Below, in pieces: positions 29,369 to 38,797 of a stretch of 64,000 nucleotides of DNA. The stretch's first letter is position 1. Each line of letters starts with the position of its first letter. Source of the stretch: Spirulina sp. Lineage in GTDB: Bacteria > Cyanobacteriota > Cyanobacteriia > Phormidesmidales > Phormidesmidaceae. The notes below the pieces were generated by a model. The model saw only the letters and a program-made list of their open reading frames with translations, did not search any database and had not been told where the DNA came from. The position numbers and the translations under genes were made by a program. The DNA lies in contig JBIPSI010000012.1 of the NCBI GenBank assembly GCA_044070495.1, forward strand, positions 64,001-128,000. Reading direction: 5' to 3'.

Positions 29369-32302
29369 CTACTTCGCTTCCATCCAGTTGGGGCCAGTGT
29401 GGGCGTCTACCTTTAGGGGCACTTTTAGGGTAACGGCAGATTCCATGGCAGCGGTGATTTTGGGTTGCAGTTCGTCCCATTCATCGGGGGGGATTTCAAA
29501 CACCAATTCATCGTGAACTTGCAGAAGCAGATTGGCCTGGTAGTCCTTCAGGAGTTCATGCAGGCGAATCATAGCGATTTTGATGATATCGGCACTGCTG
29601 CCCTGGATAGGAGCGTTGGCGGCGGCGCGTAGCAGTCCGGCTTCGTAGCCGTTGGTGCGAAGTTTATCGAGGTCGATGGTGGCAGGGTCGGTGCCGTAGA
29701 GAGAACGCAGTTTGCCATCCGTGAAATTGAAGTAGCGTCGCCGTCCGCAGAGGGTTTGCACATAGCCCTTGGCGATGGCCTCCCGCTGCATTTGTTGCAG
29801 GTATTCAAACACCTTGGGATAGCGCTCGTAGTAGCGGTCGATGAAGGTTTTGGCCTCGGTGCGGTTGACGCCAGCCTCGCGGGCAAAGCGGGACGCCCCC
29901 ATGCCGTAAATCACCCCAAAGTTGATGATTTTGCCGAGGCGACGTTCTTCCGTGGAAATATCATCTTTTTCTAGCAATAATTTAGCGGTGAGAGCGTGAA
30001 CATCGTCATTGTTGTTGTAGGCCTCGACGAGGACAGGTTCACCGCTGAGGTGGGCCAGAATTCGTAGCTCGATTTGGGAATAGTCCGCCGCCGCCAGTTG
30101 CCAGCCCTCGGCGGGAATAAACGCCGCCCGAATTTGCCGACTAAAGGCCGTACGAATGGGAATATTTTGCAGGTTGGGGTTCGATGACGACAGCCGCCCC
30201 GTGGCCGTCACCGCCTGATTAAAATCGGTATGCACCCGGTGAGTATCGGGCCGAATCAGGAGGGGCAAAGCATCCACATAGGTGGATTTAAGCTTAGACA
30301 GAGTGCGGTGGTCGATGATTAAATCTACAAATGGATGACCTTCAAATTTTTCTAGAGTGGCAGCATCAGTAGAGTAAGCACCGGACTTGGTTCTGCGAGA
30401 CTTCTTTTTATCCAAGCCCATTTTCTCAAAAAGAATTTCGCTGAGTTGTTTGGGAGAGGCCAAGTTAAAGGTTTCCCCGGCTTCCTCGTAGGCTTTTTTC
30501 TCAATGTCGGCCAGGTCAGTTTCTAGCCTTTTTGAGAACGTGGCTAGGTAATCCGCATCCACCCGCACGCCAATGGTTTCCATTTCCGCCAACACGGGTT
30601 CTAGGGGCAGTTCAATATCGGTAAATAGGCTGTACAGATCCGGATTTTCTTCCAGTTCTGCCCTCAGCTTCGGCACCAGCAAATAGGTCGTGTGGACATC
30701 GGCCCCGCAGTAGTTCGCTACGGCAGGAATGGCAATATCCGCGATAGTTTTTCCCTTGGGCACCAGATCGGTGTAACTCTGGGCAACCAGGTTGAGATAG
30801 CGCAGACTGAGATCAGTTAAATTGTGGCTCGATTCTGGATTCAGCACATAGCTGGCCAGCATCGTGTCAAAGGTGACTCCGGCCAGTTGGATGCCCTGAT
30901 TTCGCAGCACTAAACGGTCGTACTTGGCATTTTGCAATGCTTTAGGAAATTCGACATTTTCCAGAATAGGGCGCAATGCTTCTAGGACGGTTTCCAGTGG
31001 TAACTGATCGCCCTCAGAATGGCCCACGGGAATGTAGGCCATCTGATCCCGACCACTGCCCCAACAGCAGCCAATCCCCACCAACTGGGCATCCCTCGGT
31101 TCCAACGAGGTCGTTTCCGTGTCCCAAGCAACGGGGTTTTCGGGGTTGGTTTGGGCCGAAAGAATATCCAGCAACTCATAAAGCTGGGCTTCTGTGGTAA
31201 CAATCTGGGGCCGAATCGCCACCGCCTGCACCGCCTGGGCCTCGTCCGTTTCTGCTGCCGAAAAAAACGCAACGTCCGCCCCTAAACCATCCCCCGAATC
31301 CGGCTCCAAATTGGACTTCTGACTCCCAACTCCCGACTCCCGACTCCCGACTCCCGACTCCCCTCCAAAGGCCACCTGCAACTTGCCCAGGCGGTTAATA
31401 AAATTCTGAAACTCCAGCTTCTTCAGTGCCGGAATCACCACATCGGGGTCGAAACCTGTGAGTTTGCAGGTGGCTAAATCCGCCCCCAACTCCACATCGG
31501 TAACGATTTTGGCCATAAACCGCGAGTGGTAGGCGGCCTCCTTGCCTTCGATCAGCTTTTTCTGGGTGGCTCCCTTAATATTGTCAATATTGGCGTAAAT
31601 CGTATCTAAATCGCCAAATTCCGCCAGCAGTTTGGCCGCCGTTTTCGCCCCAATCCCCTTCACGCCAGGGATGTTGTCGGAAGAGTCGCCGCACAGCGCC
31701 TTGTAATCCACCACCTGGGAAGGCAGAATATCCAGCTTCGCCTTCACCTCATCGGCCTTAAACTCCTGGGCTAGGCCGTTTTTGGCCCCTTTGGCAAAGG
31801 CGTTACCCAGGTGCAGCACGGTGATCTGCTCCTCCGGGTCGATGAGCTGAAACAAATCCTGGTCGCCGCTGAGGATCTTCACCCGCAGACCCGCTGCCTT
31901 GCCCTGGTGGGCCAGGGTGCCAATCACATCATCAGCCTCAAAGCCCGGTGCGGTATAGATATTTAGGCCAAAATCTGTCAGCAGTTCTTGCAGATTGTTG
32001 ACATCCTCAATGAAGCCCTCCGGCGTTTCGGGACGGCCATCCTTGTAGGTAGTGTCCGCTTCGTGGCGAAAGGTGGGCTGGGCCAAATCGAAGGCCACGG
32101 CGGCATACTGGGGCTTCTCTACCTCCATCATGTCCAGCAAGGATTTGAGGAAGCCGTAGCAGACGCTGGTGGGTACCCCCGTGGAGGTACGCAGGCCGCC
32201 CTCGGCATTTTTGGCAAAGGCATAGAAGGAACGAAAGGCCAGGGAATGGCCATCGACCAACAGCAGGGTGGGCGTTTCGGTGGAGGAAGAGGGGGCAGCC
32301 AC
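29369..32302 (-). CDS. polA: DNA polymerase I
   Basis: LLVDGHSLAFR, GDSSDNIPGV, TGRLSSSNPNLQNIP, DYSQIELR, QVHDEL. Confidence 0.98.
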   Translation of the reverse strand: MAAPSSSTETPTLLLVDGHSLAFRSFYAFAKNAEGGLRTSTGVPTSVCYGFLKSLLDMMEVEKPQYAAVAFDLAQPTFRHEADTTYKDGRPETPEGFIEDVNNLQELLTDFGLNIYTAPGFEADDVIGTLAHQGKAAGLRVKILSGDQDLFQLIDPEEQITVLHLGNAFAKGAKNGLAQEFKADEVKAKLDILPSQVVDYKALCGDSSDNIPGVKGIGAKTAAKLLAEFGDLDTIYANIDNIKGATQKKLIEGKEAAYHSRFMAKIVTDVELGADLATCKLTGFDPDVVIPALKKLEFQNFINRLGKLQVAFGGESGVGSRESGVGSQKSNLEPDSGDGLGADVAFFSAAETDEAQAVQAVAIRPQIVTTEAQLYELLDILSAQTNPENPVAWDTETTSLEPRDAQLVGIGCCWGSGRDQMAYIPVGHSEGDQLPLETVLEALRPILENVEFPKALQNAKYDRLVLRNQGIQLAGVTFDTMLASYVLNPESSHNLTDLSLRYLNLVAQSYTDLVPKGKTIADIAIPAVANYCGADVHTTYLLVPKLRAELEENPDLYSLFTDIELPLEPVLAEMETIGVRVDADYLATFSKRLETDLADIEKKAYEEAGETFNLASPKQLSEILFEKMGLDKKKSRRTKSGAYSTDAATLEKFEGHPFVDLIIDHRTLSKLKSTYVDALPLLIRPDTHRVHTDFNQAVTATGRLSSSNPNLQNIPIRTAFSRQIRAAFIPAEGWQLAAADYSQIELRILAHLSGEPVLVEAYNNNDDVHALTAKLLLEKDDISTEERRLGKIINFGVIYGMGASRFAREAGVNRTEAKTFIDRYYERYPKVFEYLQQMQREAIAKGYVQTLCGRRRYFNFTDGKLRSLYGTDPATIDLDKLRTNGYEAGLLRAAANAPIQGSSADIIKIAMIRLHELLKDYQANLLLQVHDELVFEIPPDEWDELQPKITAAMESAVTLKVPLKVDAHTGPNWMEAK
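31318..31362. repeat. Heptamer tandem repeat (GACTCCC)n inside the polA linker
   Basis: Encodes ESGVGSRESGVGSQ. Confidence 0.85.
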
Positions 32303-32388
32303 GGCAATACTCAGTCTTGGGATGGGGACTTCTATTGTAAGGGGTGGGCTGGCGGTGAAGGCGATGGGGGATAAGCCTTGTGGTGGAA

Positions 32389-32421
32389 AGATCCCAGGGT
32401 TCTTGAAGAACCCTGGGATCT
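32389..32421. repeat. Palindromic dispersed repeat AGATCCCAGGGTTCT-TGA-AGAACCCTGGGATCT; related copies at 48806-48838 and (diverged) 37952-37990
   Basis: Perfect 15-bp stem; copies lie just downstream of genes and may act as terminators or stabilisers. Confidence 0.8.
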
Positions 32422-32509
32422 ATAAAGCGTGGAAGCCTTAGATGATTGGATCTTCACCCCATGAGGTGGCCTTGCAGTTCTGGATACCTTGGAAACAGCC
32501 TATCCACAA

Positions 32510-32821
32510 TTACTTCAGACATTCCCAGTCTTCTTCGTCAACGATGGGGCTAACAATGTCGCCTAGAATTTTGGCCTTGCCTGCAATGGAAGCCGCAGGA
32601 GAACGGCGTTTCAAGGGAGCAGGGGATTCTTCCTCGTCTTCTTTCTCGAAGATGGTGACGCGGGAAGCCTCAAGAAACTGTCGCTGCACGGAGATTGTGG
32701 ATTCTTCCTTGTCTGCTTCCTCTAGGATGGTGACGATGATGCGGGCTGAGGTGACTTGGGGTTGGTCGGACAACCATTTGAGTTGCCCGTTGTCGTAGAT
32801 GGCTTCGTAGCTTTTCAGCAT
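32510..32821 (-). CDS. Small protein with DUF104/AF2212-like antitoxin-type N-terminus
   Basis: MLKSYEAIYDNGQLKWL N-terminus; GDIVSPIVDEEDWE C-terminus. Confidence 0.6.
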   Translation of the reverse strand: MLKSYEAIYDNGQLKWLSDQPQVTSARIIVTILEEADKEESTISVQRQFLEASRVTIFEKEDEEESPAPLKRRSPAASIAGKAKILGDIVSPIVDEEDWECLK

Positions 32822-33032
32822 GGCATGTACCTCCCGATTGAGGGATGGGGCTTACGTTGACGCTAGCACAGGGAATAGTGGCCTGGTGCTGGGTAATGTT
32901 GGTATGGGCTGAGCGCTGTGAGTAGAGAAGAGAGAAGCCCGGATTCTTGAAAAATCTGGGGTTATGGGAACCTATGCGTGATCTCAGTGTTAGGATGGGC
33001 AGCAATCGCGGTGGTCTGGCGGCGAGGGGCTA

Positions 33033-34004
33033 TCAACGAAGCACCACAATCGGGTCTTGGCCTTGGGCCAGGATGGCAATCTGGCGGGTTTGGGGCTGGA
33101 GGAGGGCGATCTGGTGCCCTCCAAGCTGAAAGATCGCTAGGTCTCCAGTTAGGTGGGTAACGTAGCGAATTTGCCAAGACAACATCGGAGTTTCTAGGGC
33201 CAGGTGAAATCGTTCATTCTGGCTAGTTTTTTGGCCTGTTAATCCAGGCTTTGAGCGATTGAGAAAATATTGCCAGTTACCCGTTTCGGCCTTGGATATT
33301 CCCTGCGGAGGAAGCAGTTGGGGCACGGGGCCAAAGCGGTCTACCCGTTGGGGTTCCAGATCGGCAAAGACCTCTGGGGCAACGTGCTCAGCCCCAGTAC
33401 CATCCAAATTGATTTGCATAGGCTGGCCCTCCAGGGTTTTGAAATACAGCACGTAGGCCGCACTGGGCTGCAACTGCTGGGCAGGCACCAGACTGAACTG
33501 AGTCAGCAGAGTGGTTTGGCTACTGAGGGCATACCACCCCACCAGCACCAGATAGCTGATGCTGTGGATGAGTAAGTTGGCCTTTAGCGCCGTTTTGGCG
33601 GCCTGGGGCTTCTGTCGAAACAGCGCCCACACAAAGGGATACTCCATCACCAGGGTGATCACCAAGGCCAGCCCCAGCGCCCCCAGCAACCAACCCCAGG
33701 CCGTCGATAAAGCCACCCTGGGATGGTTCGATAGCCACCCCGGCAACAGCGCCAACCCCACCCAGGCCGAGGCCAAATTCGCGAACACCATCACTCCAAA
33801 CGACAATCGCCGGGGGGTATGGAATACTCTGGCAAGAATCCCGGACTCCAGATAGCCAATGCCCAAGTTGCCCAACATCAAGGGCCAAAACCCCACCCAC
33901 AGCATGGCGCTGCCACTATTGGCCTGGGCAGGGTGGGGCCAGAGGGCCAGGGCAAAACCTAGGCAGAGCCAGCGTAGGGGGAATTGTTTTAGACAAGTTA
34001 GCAT
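33033..34004 (-). CDS. Hypothetical membrane protein (signal peptide, about 4 TM segments, soluble C-terminus)
   Basis: PAQA signal-cleavage-like motif and hydrophobic segments. Confidence 0.7.
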   Translation of the reverse strand: MLTCLKQFPLRWLCLGFALALWPHPAQANSGSAMLWVGFWPLMLGNLGIGYLESGILARVFHTPRRLSFGVMVFANLASAWVGLALLPGWLSNHPRVALSTAWGWLLGALGLALVITLVMEYPFVWALFRQKPQAAKTALKANLLIHSISYLVLVGWYALSSQTTLLTQFSLVPAQQLQPSAAYVLYFKTLEGQPMQINLDGTGAEHVAPEVFADLEPQRVDRFGPVPQLLPPQGISKAETGNWQYFLNRSKPGLTGQKTSQNERFHLALETPMLSWQIRYVTHLTGDLAIFQLGGHQIALLQPQTRQIAILAQGQDPIVVLR

Positions 34005-34133
34005 TCGTCACCCTCGGAACAAGGAAATGGGAAGCCTGTATTTTGCGATTGGTAGGATAGGTTAACGCCAGCGCAATGAATCATTTTTTGTGATTCTTAG
34101 GCACAATTTTCAGCATTGAACCAGGCATCAACA

Positions 34134-34844
34134 TTAATCAAGATTGGTGTATGTAAATTCAATGCTGCCATCGCGAGTGCTACAGATCGCCGCACGATAT
34201 TGTCCACCAATGCGAGTGACCCCACAAGTACCCTCTTTTTCAGCGGTTTCGCCGTTATACATCACCCCAACTACGCGATAGCTCAAACCATGACCCATCT
34301 CAAATTCAGAGGCCGTGGTGGTCACAAAGGAAAAGGGCTGATTGTCAAAGTAGTAGCTAAAGACAAGGGCACCTTCGGAGGGCATCATGGTCATGCGAAA
34401 GGCTTCACATTGGAGAGGATTACTGCCTTGGGTATGGCATCGGGTGGGGCGGTTATCGTGATGAATAATTTGGAGATCGTCCGATGCCTGGGCAGTGGCA
34501 GAAGGGACTGGTGGGGAAGTCACTGGCATAGAACTCGCACTGGGCGCAGGTGCCGGAGGAGCGGCCTGGGGGGCTTGATTTCCACCGCCAATTTGCTGAA
34601 GAAAAGAATCAACGGTATTGATGGTTTCAATGACCGCACCTGCATCCCGAATAGCATCACCAATTTGGCGAAAAATATTGGCGACTAAAACAGAATCGGA
34701 TTCAGTGACAGATGCAGATTCAGTCCTTTGGGCGGCGGCAACACTAGGAGAGTGCCCCAAAAGGGAAACCAGCAGGATACCGGAGAGGCTGAGTCTATGG
34801 GCAAAGCTGGCACTTTTACGATAACGGGTCGTTAAGAATAGCAT
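34134..34844 (-). CDS. Secreted hypothetical protein (VAN-motif array member)
   Basis: Signal peptide, VLVANIF motif, Pro/Ala linker, C-terminal domain with 4 Cys. Confidence 0.75.
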   Translation of the reverse strand: MLFLTTRYRKSASFAHRLSLSGILLVSLLGHSPSVAAAQRTESASVTESDSVLVANIFRQIGDAIRDAGAVIETINTVDSFLQQIGGGNQAPQAAPPAPAPSASSMPVTSPPVPSATAQASDDLQIIHHDNRPTRCHTQGSNPLQCEAFRMTMMPSEGALVFSYYFDNQPFSFVTTTASEFEMGHGLSYRVVGVMYNGETAEKEGTCGVTRIGGQYRAAICSTRDGSIEFTYTNLD

Positions 34845-34892
34845 TGTGTTGTCCTCGTTAATGATTTGAGTGTAATCATGCTCAAGGTGGTA

Positions 34893-34919
34893 TATTTCTC
34901 ACCCGTTTGAGCCTATTCA
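34893..34919 (-). promoter_or_regulatory. Putative alternative-sigma promoter TGAATAGG-N12-AGAAATA
   Basis: Minus strand TGAATAGG ctcaaacgggtg AGAAATA, about 50 nt upstream of ATG 34844. Confidence 0.7.
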
Positions 34920-34981
34920 ATATCAGGGCCTTGTTTGCATCAGGGCATTCATCAACTGCTGAATACTGCCTTGATGGATAT

Positions 34982-35416
34982 TCAGTGGACGGCTAGCCTC
35001 TTCTTCTTTGTCAAACTGTGGAGGGTATTCACCATAGTCAGGATTGAGGTCATAAAAGCAGCATCACGAGAGAGTATCCTATCCGCAGCCGCCATGTATC
35101 GCATAAACCCGCTATCGGTCGCGAGATTGTAGCCGCGAGGTGACAAATTAGCCTTTTGTAAGGCTTCATAGCCATGGCGAACCATTACAGCGCAGTTGGA
35201 TCGAACCATCGCGACAATTCCCTGTCCGGACTGCATGGATGAGGGCAACGCCGCTTCGCAGGTGTCCGAAGCATTTTCCATGGCTTCCGATAGATCAGCG
35301 ATGAAGTGACTGGGCGCATGGTGTGCTGAAACGTGTTTGGGAATCATCGCACCCAGCGTAAAGGTGCTGGAAATACAGGTAAGAACTATTAGCTTGGTTA
35401 GCTTTTTTATGGGCAT
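34982..35416 (-). CDS. Secreted hypothetical protein
   Basis: Basic N-terminus, hydrophobic stretch, VSA cleavage-like site. Confidence 0.6.
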   Translation of the reverse strand: MPIKKLTKLIVLTCISSTFTLGAMIPKHVSAHHAPSHFIADLSEAMENASDTCEAALPSSMQSGQGIVAMVRSNCAVMVRHGYEALQKANLSPRGYNLATDSGFMRYMAAADRILSRDAAFMTSILTMVNTLHSLTKKKRLAVH

Positions 35417-35473
35417 GAGAAATTCTGGAGATGGGCAGTATTAATCAAAACAAAAGGATCAATTCTTCCTTAA

Positions 35474-36028
35474 TCAATCCTGTCTACACGCTGCAATTCT
35501 GTGTCTTAGGCAAATGTCTACTTCGTCGCTACTGCTGGAATTATCAGAACTATCCCCATTCTCCAACAACCACAAAATTATTGCGGCGGCGGCCTCCGCC
35601 TGGGCAGCTTGCCGAGCCCGCTGCTCTGCCAGATAGGCCTGCTGCTGTTCAGGGGTGAGGCTTTCAAAGTACTGGCGCTGGCGTTCGGCTTCTAGCTGCT
35701 GCTGCTCAGCCGCCGCTTGACGGATGGCCTCTTGCTGTTGAATCTGCTGTTGTCGAACGGCCTCCCATTCTCGTCGCTCTTGCTCTCGCTGCTGCCGCTC
35801 AATTTCCCGCTGCACTTGTTGGGCACCACGGTTGATGTCTCGGAGAATATTGCCAAGGTTAGCGACCATGACAGGCTCAGACGAATGAGACGTGGTCTGC
35901 ATGGTGGCCTGGGTGGCCGCACTGGCAGGGGGCGACCCCACCAATAGGGAGGCCAGCGCTAGGGCGGGCACCCCCAGGGCTAGGGTCAGGTAACGAGGGG
36001 ATAGATTCTGCATGGGACATATCCTCAT
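35474..36028 (-). CDS. Secreted coiled-coil protein (VAN-motif array member)
   Basis: Signal peptide ending ASA, VMVANLG, Q/E/R-rich helix, LTPEQQQAYL; start may be 36013. Confidence 0.75.
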   Translation of the reverse strand: MRICPMQNLSPRYLTLALGVPALALASLLVGSPPASAATQATMQTTSHSSEPVMVANLGNILRDINRGAQQVQREIERQQREQERREWEAVRQQQIQQQEAIRQAAAEQQQLEAERQRQYFESLTPEQQQAYLAEQRARQAAQAEAAAAIILWLLENGDSSDNSSSSDEVDICLRHRIAACRQD

Positions 36029-36056
36029 AAATACGTTAGGGTCAATTATTTGCTTC

Positions 36057-36083
36057 TAGTTCTGGGTCAAATAAACTTATTCA
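36057..36083 (-). promoter_or_regulatory. Putative alternative-sigma promoter TGAATAAG-N12-AGAACTA
   Basis: Minus strand TGAATAAG tttatttgaccc AGAACTA, upstream of 36028. Confidence 0.6.
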
Positions 36084-36177
36084 ACCGAGTAGATGTCGAG
36101 GCGGCGAATGTCAGAGATGCAGTCTGGCCCCAGATCATCTATACACAGACGGCATGCTGACTTCTGCTGAAGGGACG

Positions 36178-36204
36178 TATTGCTGGAGAACTTCAACCTA
36201 TTCA
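36178..36204 (-). promoter_or_regulatory. Putative alternative-sigma promoter TGAATAGG-N12-AGCAATA
   Basis: Minus strand TGAATAGG ttgaagttctcc AGCAATA. Confidence 0.6.
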
Positions 36205-36228
36205 AAGGGGCGATGTTGGCGTGGCCTA

Positions 36229-36444
36229 TCAGTTTGGGCTTTGCACGGATCGCCAATCCCGAATGAACGTGTCCAATAGACCCGTCAGTAGTTCTCTTTC
36301 TGCCGAAGCGTAGCTAACTCTATAGCCTAGAGATCCATAGCCCCCACCCCTGCTGTAGATATCCGCTTCAATGGTGCGGCCATTGAGCTGAACGGTGTGA
36401 AACACGCTGCCCCTGACGCTAATGGCCCCACCGTCATCGGTACA
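36229..36444 (-). pseudogene. Possible 3' remnant of a gene
   Basis: Stop-free frame of about 70 codons CTDDGGAISV...ELLTGLLDTFIRDWRSVQSPN*, preceded by TAA with no ATG. Confidence 0.35.
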
Positions 36445-36495
36445 TTAGTTGCCCTGACAAAATAGGACATTAACTACAGTGATTAATCTTTAGTA

Positions 36496-37110
36496 CTAGC
36501 GTGAGCAAACAGGATCGATGTAGCAAACCCATTCTTCACGGCTCATGCCTCGACGGTGGCTGGGGCCAGTCGGTTCATGCTCAGCCCTGGAGGCTTCCAC
36601 GGCGGCCCAGCCTTCAAACATGAAGTTCCACAGGCCATTGACCGTGTCCCGCTCTGCCTGCAAAAAAGCCTCTCGTTCTTCGGGGGTTAGGGTTTGCAGA
36701 AAGGCTTCTCGCTCTTGGCGACGGGCTTCTCGGCGGGCGGCATCTTCGGCTCGGCGACGCTGATAATCGTTCGCAAATTCACTACTGTTTTGCTGCCATT
36801 GTTCTAGCCGATCCTGGCGCATTTCCGTGCGTACCTGCGCTCCAGAATGGGGGGTCTGGGTTCTGGGCGTAGCGCGAGGGGCCTGTCCGCCCTGCGTGAT
36901 ACCTTCTAGGAGTTGCAGTCCATCGTGGACGGTTTGGAAAATATCAAACAGGTTGGCCACCCTAGCCGGATCGTCGGCAGTAGCGGTGCTTTCAGCAGGG
37001 GTGACGGCGGCGAGGCCGGGAACGGTGCCTAGCCAGGAAGCCAGGGCCAAGGTGGGTAGGGCAGCGCCTAGGCGAAACGTGTTGAACCAAGACATAGACC
37101 ATATCCTCAT
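36496..37110 (-). CDS. Secreted coiled-coil protein (VAN-motif array member)
   Basis: Signal peptide, ARVANLF, LTPEEREAFL, terminal Cys pair; start may be 37095. Confidence 0.75.
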   Translation of the reverse strand: MRIWSMSWFNTFRLGAALPTLALASWLGTVPGLAAVTPAESTATADDPARVANLFDIFQTVHDGLQLLEGITQGGQAPRATPRTQTPHSGAQVRTEMRQDRLEQWQQNSSEFANDYQRRRAEDAARREARRQEREAFLQTLTPEEREAFLQAERDTVNGLWNFMFEGWAAVEASRAEHEPTGPSHRRGMSREEWVCYIDPVCSR

Positions 37111-37139
37111 AACGGGGGTTGACTGCGGTCATGGGGATC

Positions 37140-37166
37140 TATTTCTGGGGCAGGCGAACCTATTCA
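37140..37166 (-). promoter_or_regulatory. Putative alternative-sigma promoter TGAATAGG-N12-AGAAATA
   Basis: Minus strand TGAATAGG ttcgcctgcccc AGAAATA, upstream of 37110. Confidence 0.7.
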
Positions 37167-37174
37167 CGGATGGG

Positions 37175-37559
37175 CTAGATTTCTCCAATTTCTTGTATGG
37201 CTAGGGCTAGGAATTGGCCAGCGCGATCAATCTGGTCGGCAGCTTGTGCAACGGTTACAGCGTTTAACTGACCGTAATCACCCATCGTTCGCAGCGCTTG
37301 GGCCTCAATCAAAAATTGATGAAATATCGTGGGCAGTTGTTGGGTTTTTGCAAATTCTCGTCCGAAGGCAGCAATCACCGCAGAGTGTTTAGAGAAGGAA
37401 AGCCCTTTACCATCTAAAAAAGCCTCCGCGATGTAGAACATTGCGTAGTAAGACCGCTAGACGGCATAGTCTGGATAGTTAGTTGTTGGTCAGGAGCAGT
37501 TTTGAGGCTTCTAGACTTTGTCTGGCCTTTTGCAGGAGTTCCTGTTGCTCTGAGGTCAT
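37175..37559 (-). pseudogene. HEPN-domain gene disrupted by a frameshift and a nonsense codon
   Basis: MTSEQQELLQKARQSLEASKLLL..., AACT duplication giving TAA, then YPDYAV*RSYYAMFY...SKHSAVIAAFG...LRTMGDYG. Confidence 0.8.
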
Positions 37560-37876
37560 AATAAAATGCCTTCTTTACGGATGTTGCGAAGCAGGGCTGT
37601 ATTGCGAGTTTGATACTGGATATCATCCATAAATAGGCAGGTAATCACGACATCATGATGAAGGGATAAATCGGCTACAACGTTACCCGTTCGCTGGATT
37701 TCTTCACCTGGATTGATTGGGGACTTGAGCACCACTAAAACATCAATATCGGATTCGGGTGTCGCATTGCCGCGAGATTGGGAACCAAACAGGGTGAGAT
37801 GGACTAAGCGATCCCTGTAGATGTCAGAGAGCGCTTGCTTAAGTTGAGCCAAGATAACAGCAAGGGCAGCATCCAT
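37556..37876 (-). CDS. Minimal nucleotidyltransferase (MNT) antitoxin-type protein
   Basis: LFGSQSRG..PESDIDVLVV; stop overlaps the HEPN start. Confidence 0.88.
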   Translation of the reverse strand: MDAALAVILAQLKQALSDIYRDRLVHLTLFGSQSRGNATPESDIDVLVVLKSPINPGEEIQRTGNVVADLSLHHDVVITCLFMDDIQYQTRNTALLRNIRKEGILL

Positions 37877-37993
37877 AGAAAAAGCCAGCAAGAAGTTCCT
37901 ATTTCTAGGGTAGAAGAGGTTTTGCAAATCAGGTTTAAGGTATTTGTAATGCCTAGATGCCCGGTTTCTTGAAGCAACTGGGCATCTAGGATG

Positions 37994-38797
37994 CTAGGAG
38001 GTGATTTCTTCGCTACAGATGGTGTCGATGAGGGTGGTTTGTAGGGTGGTGAGGGCCGGGGTAAGGTCGGTTTCGTCTACGGAAAAGAGGATGTGCAGGG
38101 CATCGGCGGGCATGTCCTGTTCTAGGAAGTAAGTGGCTTTGGCCTCGGCAATGGCGGCACTATTCGCCCCTTGGGCCACCAAGTCGGTGTGCAATTGGGC
38201 GAGGTCGATGGTGATTTGGTCGCGATCTGGGCCGTTGGACATGACCCGAAAGGGCAGGATGTAGGTTGGTAGACCTGAGTTCTCGGCACGGGCGGAGGTT
38301 TGATAGATGCGCCACTCGTAGCGGGTGCCCGGTTCTAGGGGGGTGGCCTCAAAGGGCGCTTTAACCAAAGCATCACCGACGGCATTGGGGGCAACGCTCC
38401 AGAGCACAAGCGGGGGTGGGTCAATGCGGCGTCGCAGAAAGGGCTGAAATTCCTTCACCTCCATACGACTGACCCGCCCCTGGATCAGGAAAAGGGGTTG
38501 GAGATGCCAGAGGGTATCGTTTCTGCCGGGGTTGAGGATGCAGGTGCGGCTGGGTTCAGCTTCGCTACCCTCCGCTGTTTCGACCCAGCCATCGCCCCTG
38601 GAGGTGCCATCGCGGCCTCGGTTGCGGTCTTCGGGGTCGCGCCGGAAAAATTCGATGATGGTTGGGTCTGGGCTGAGCTGGGTCGGCTCTACCTGGGCGG
38701 CGGCGGACGGCCCATTAACGAGTATCGAGGCTAACCCTAGGGTCACGGCACCTAGTCCCAGGCTCGCGGTAATCGTGATCGGTCTAATGGGTTGCAT
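37994..38797 (-). CDS. Secreted DUF928-like protein
   Basis: Signal peptide ending AAAQ, GRDGTSRG, PLEPGTRYEW, C-terminal helices with ADALHIL; overlaps the CHAT-CHASE2 stop. Confidence 0.7.
   Translation of the reverse strand: MQPIRPITITASLGLGAVTLGLASILVNGPSAAAQVEPTQLSPDPTIIEFFRRDPEDRNRGRDGTSRGDGWVETAEGSEAEPSRTCILNPGRNDTLWHLQPLFLIQGRVSRMEVKEFQPFLRRRIDPPPLVLWSVAPNAVGDALVKAPFEATPLEPGTRYEWRIYQTSARAENSGLPTYILPFRVMSNGPDRDQITIDLAQLHTDLVAQGANSAAIAEAKATYFLEQDMPADALHILFSVDETDLTPALTTLQTTLIDTICSEEITS

Noticed and set aside
37900..37926. Sixth promoter-motif candidate TGCAAAAC-N12-AGAAATA upstream of the MNT gene
   Set aside because: The downstream box matches but the upstream box has four mismatches; not counted
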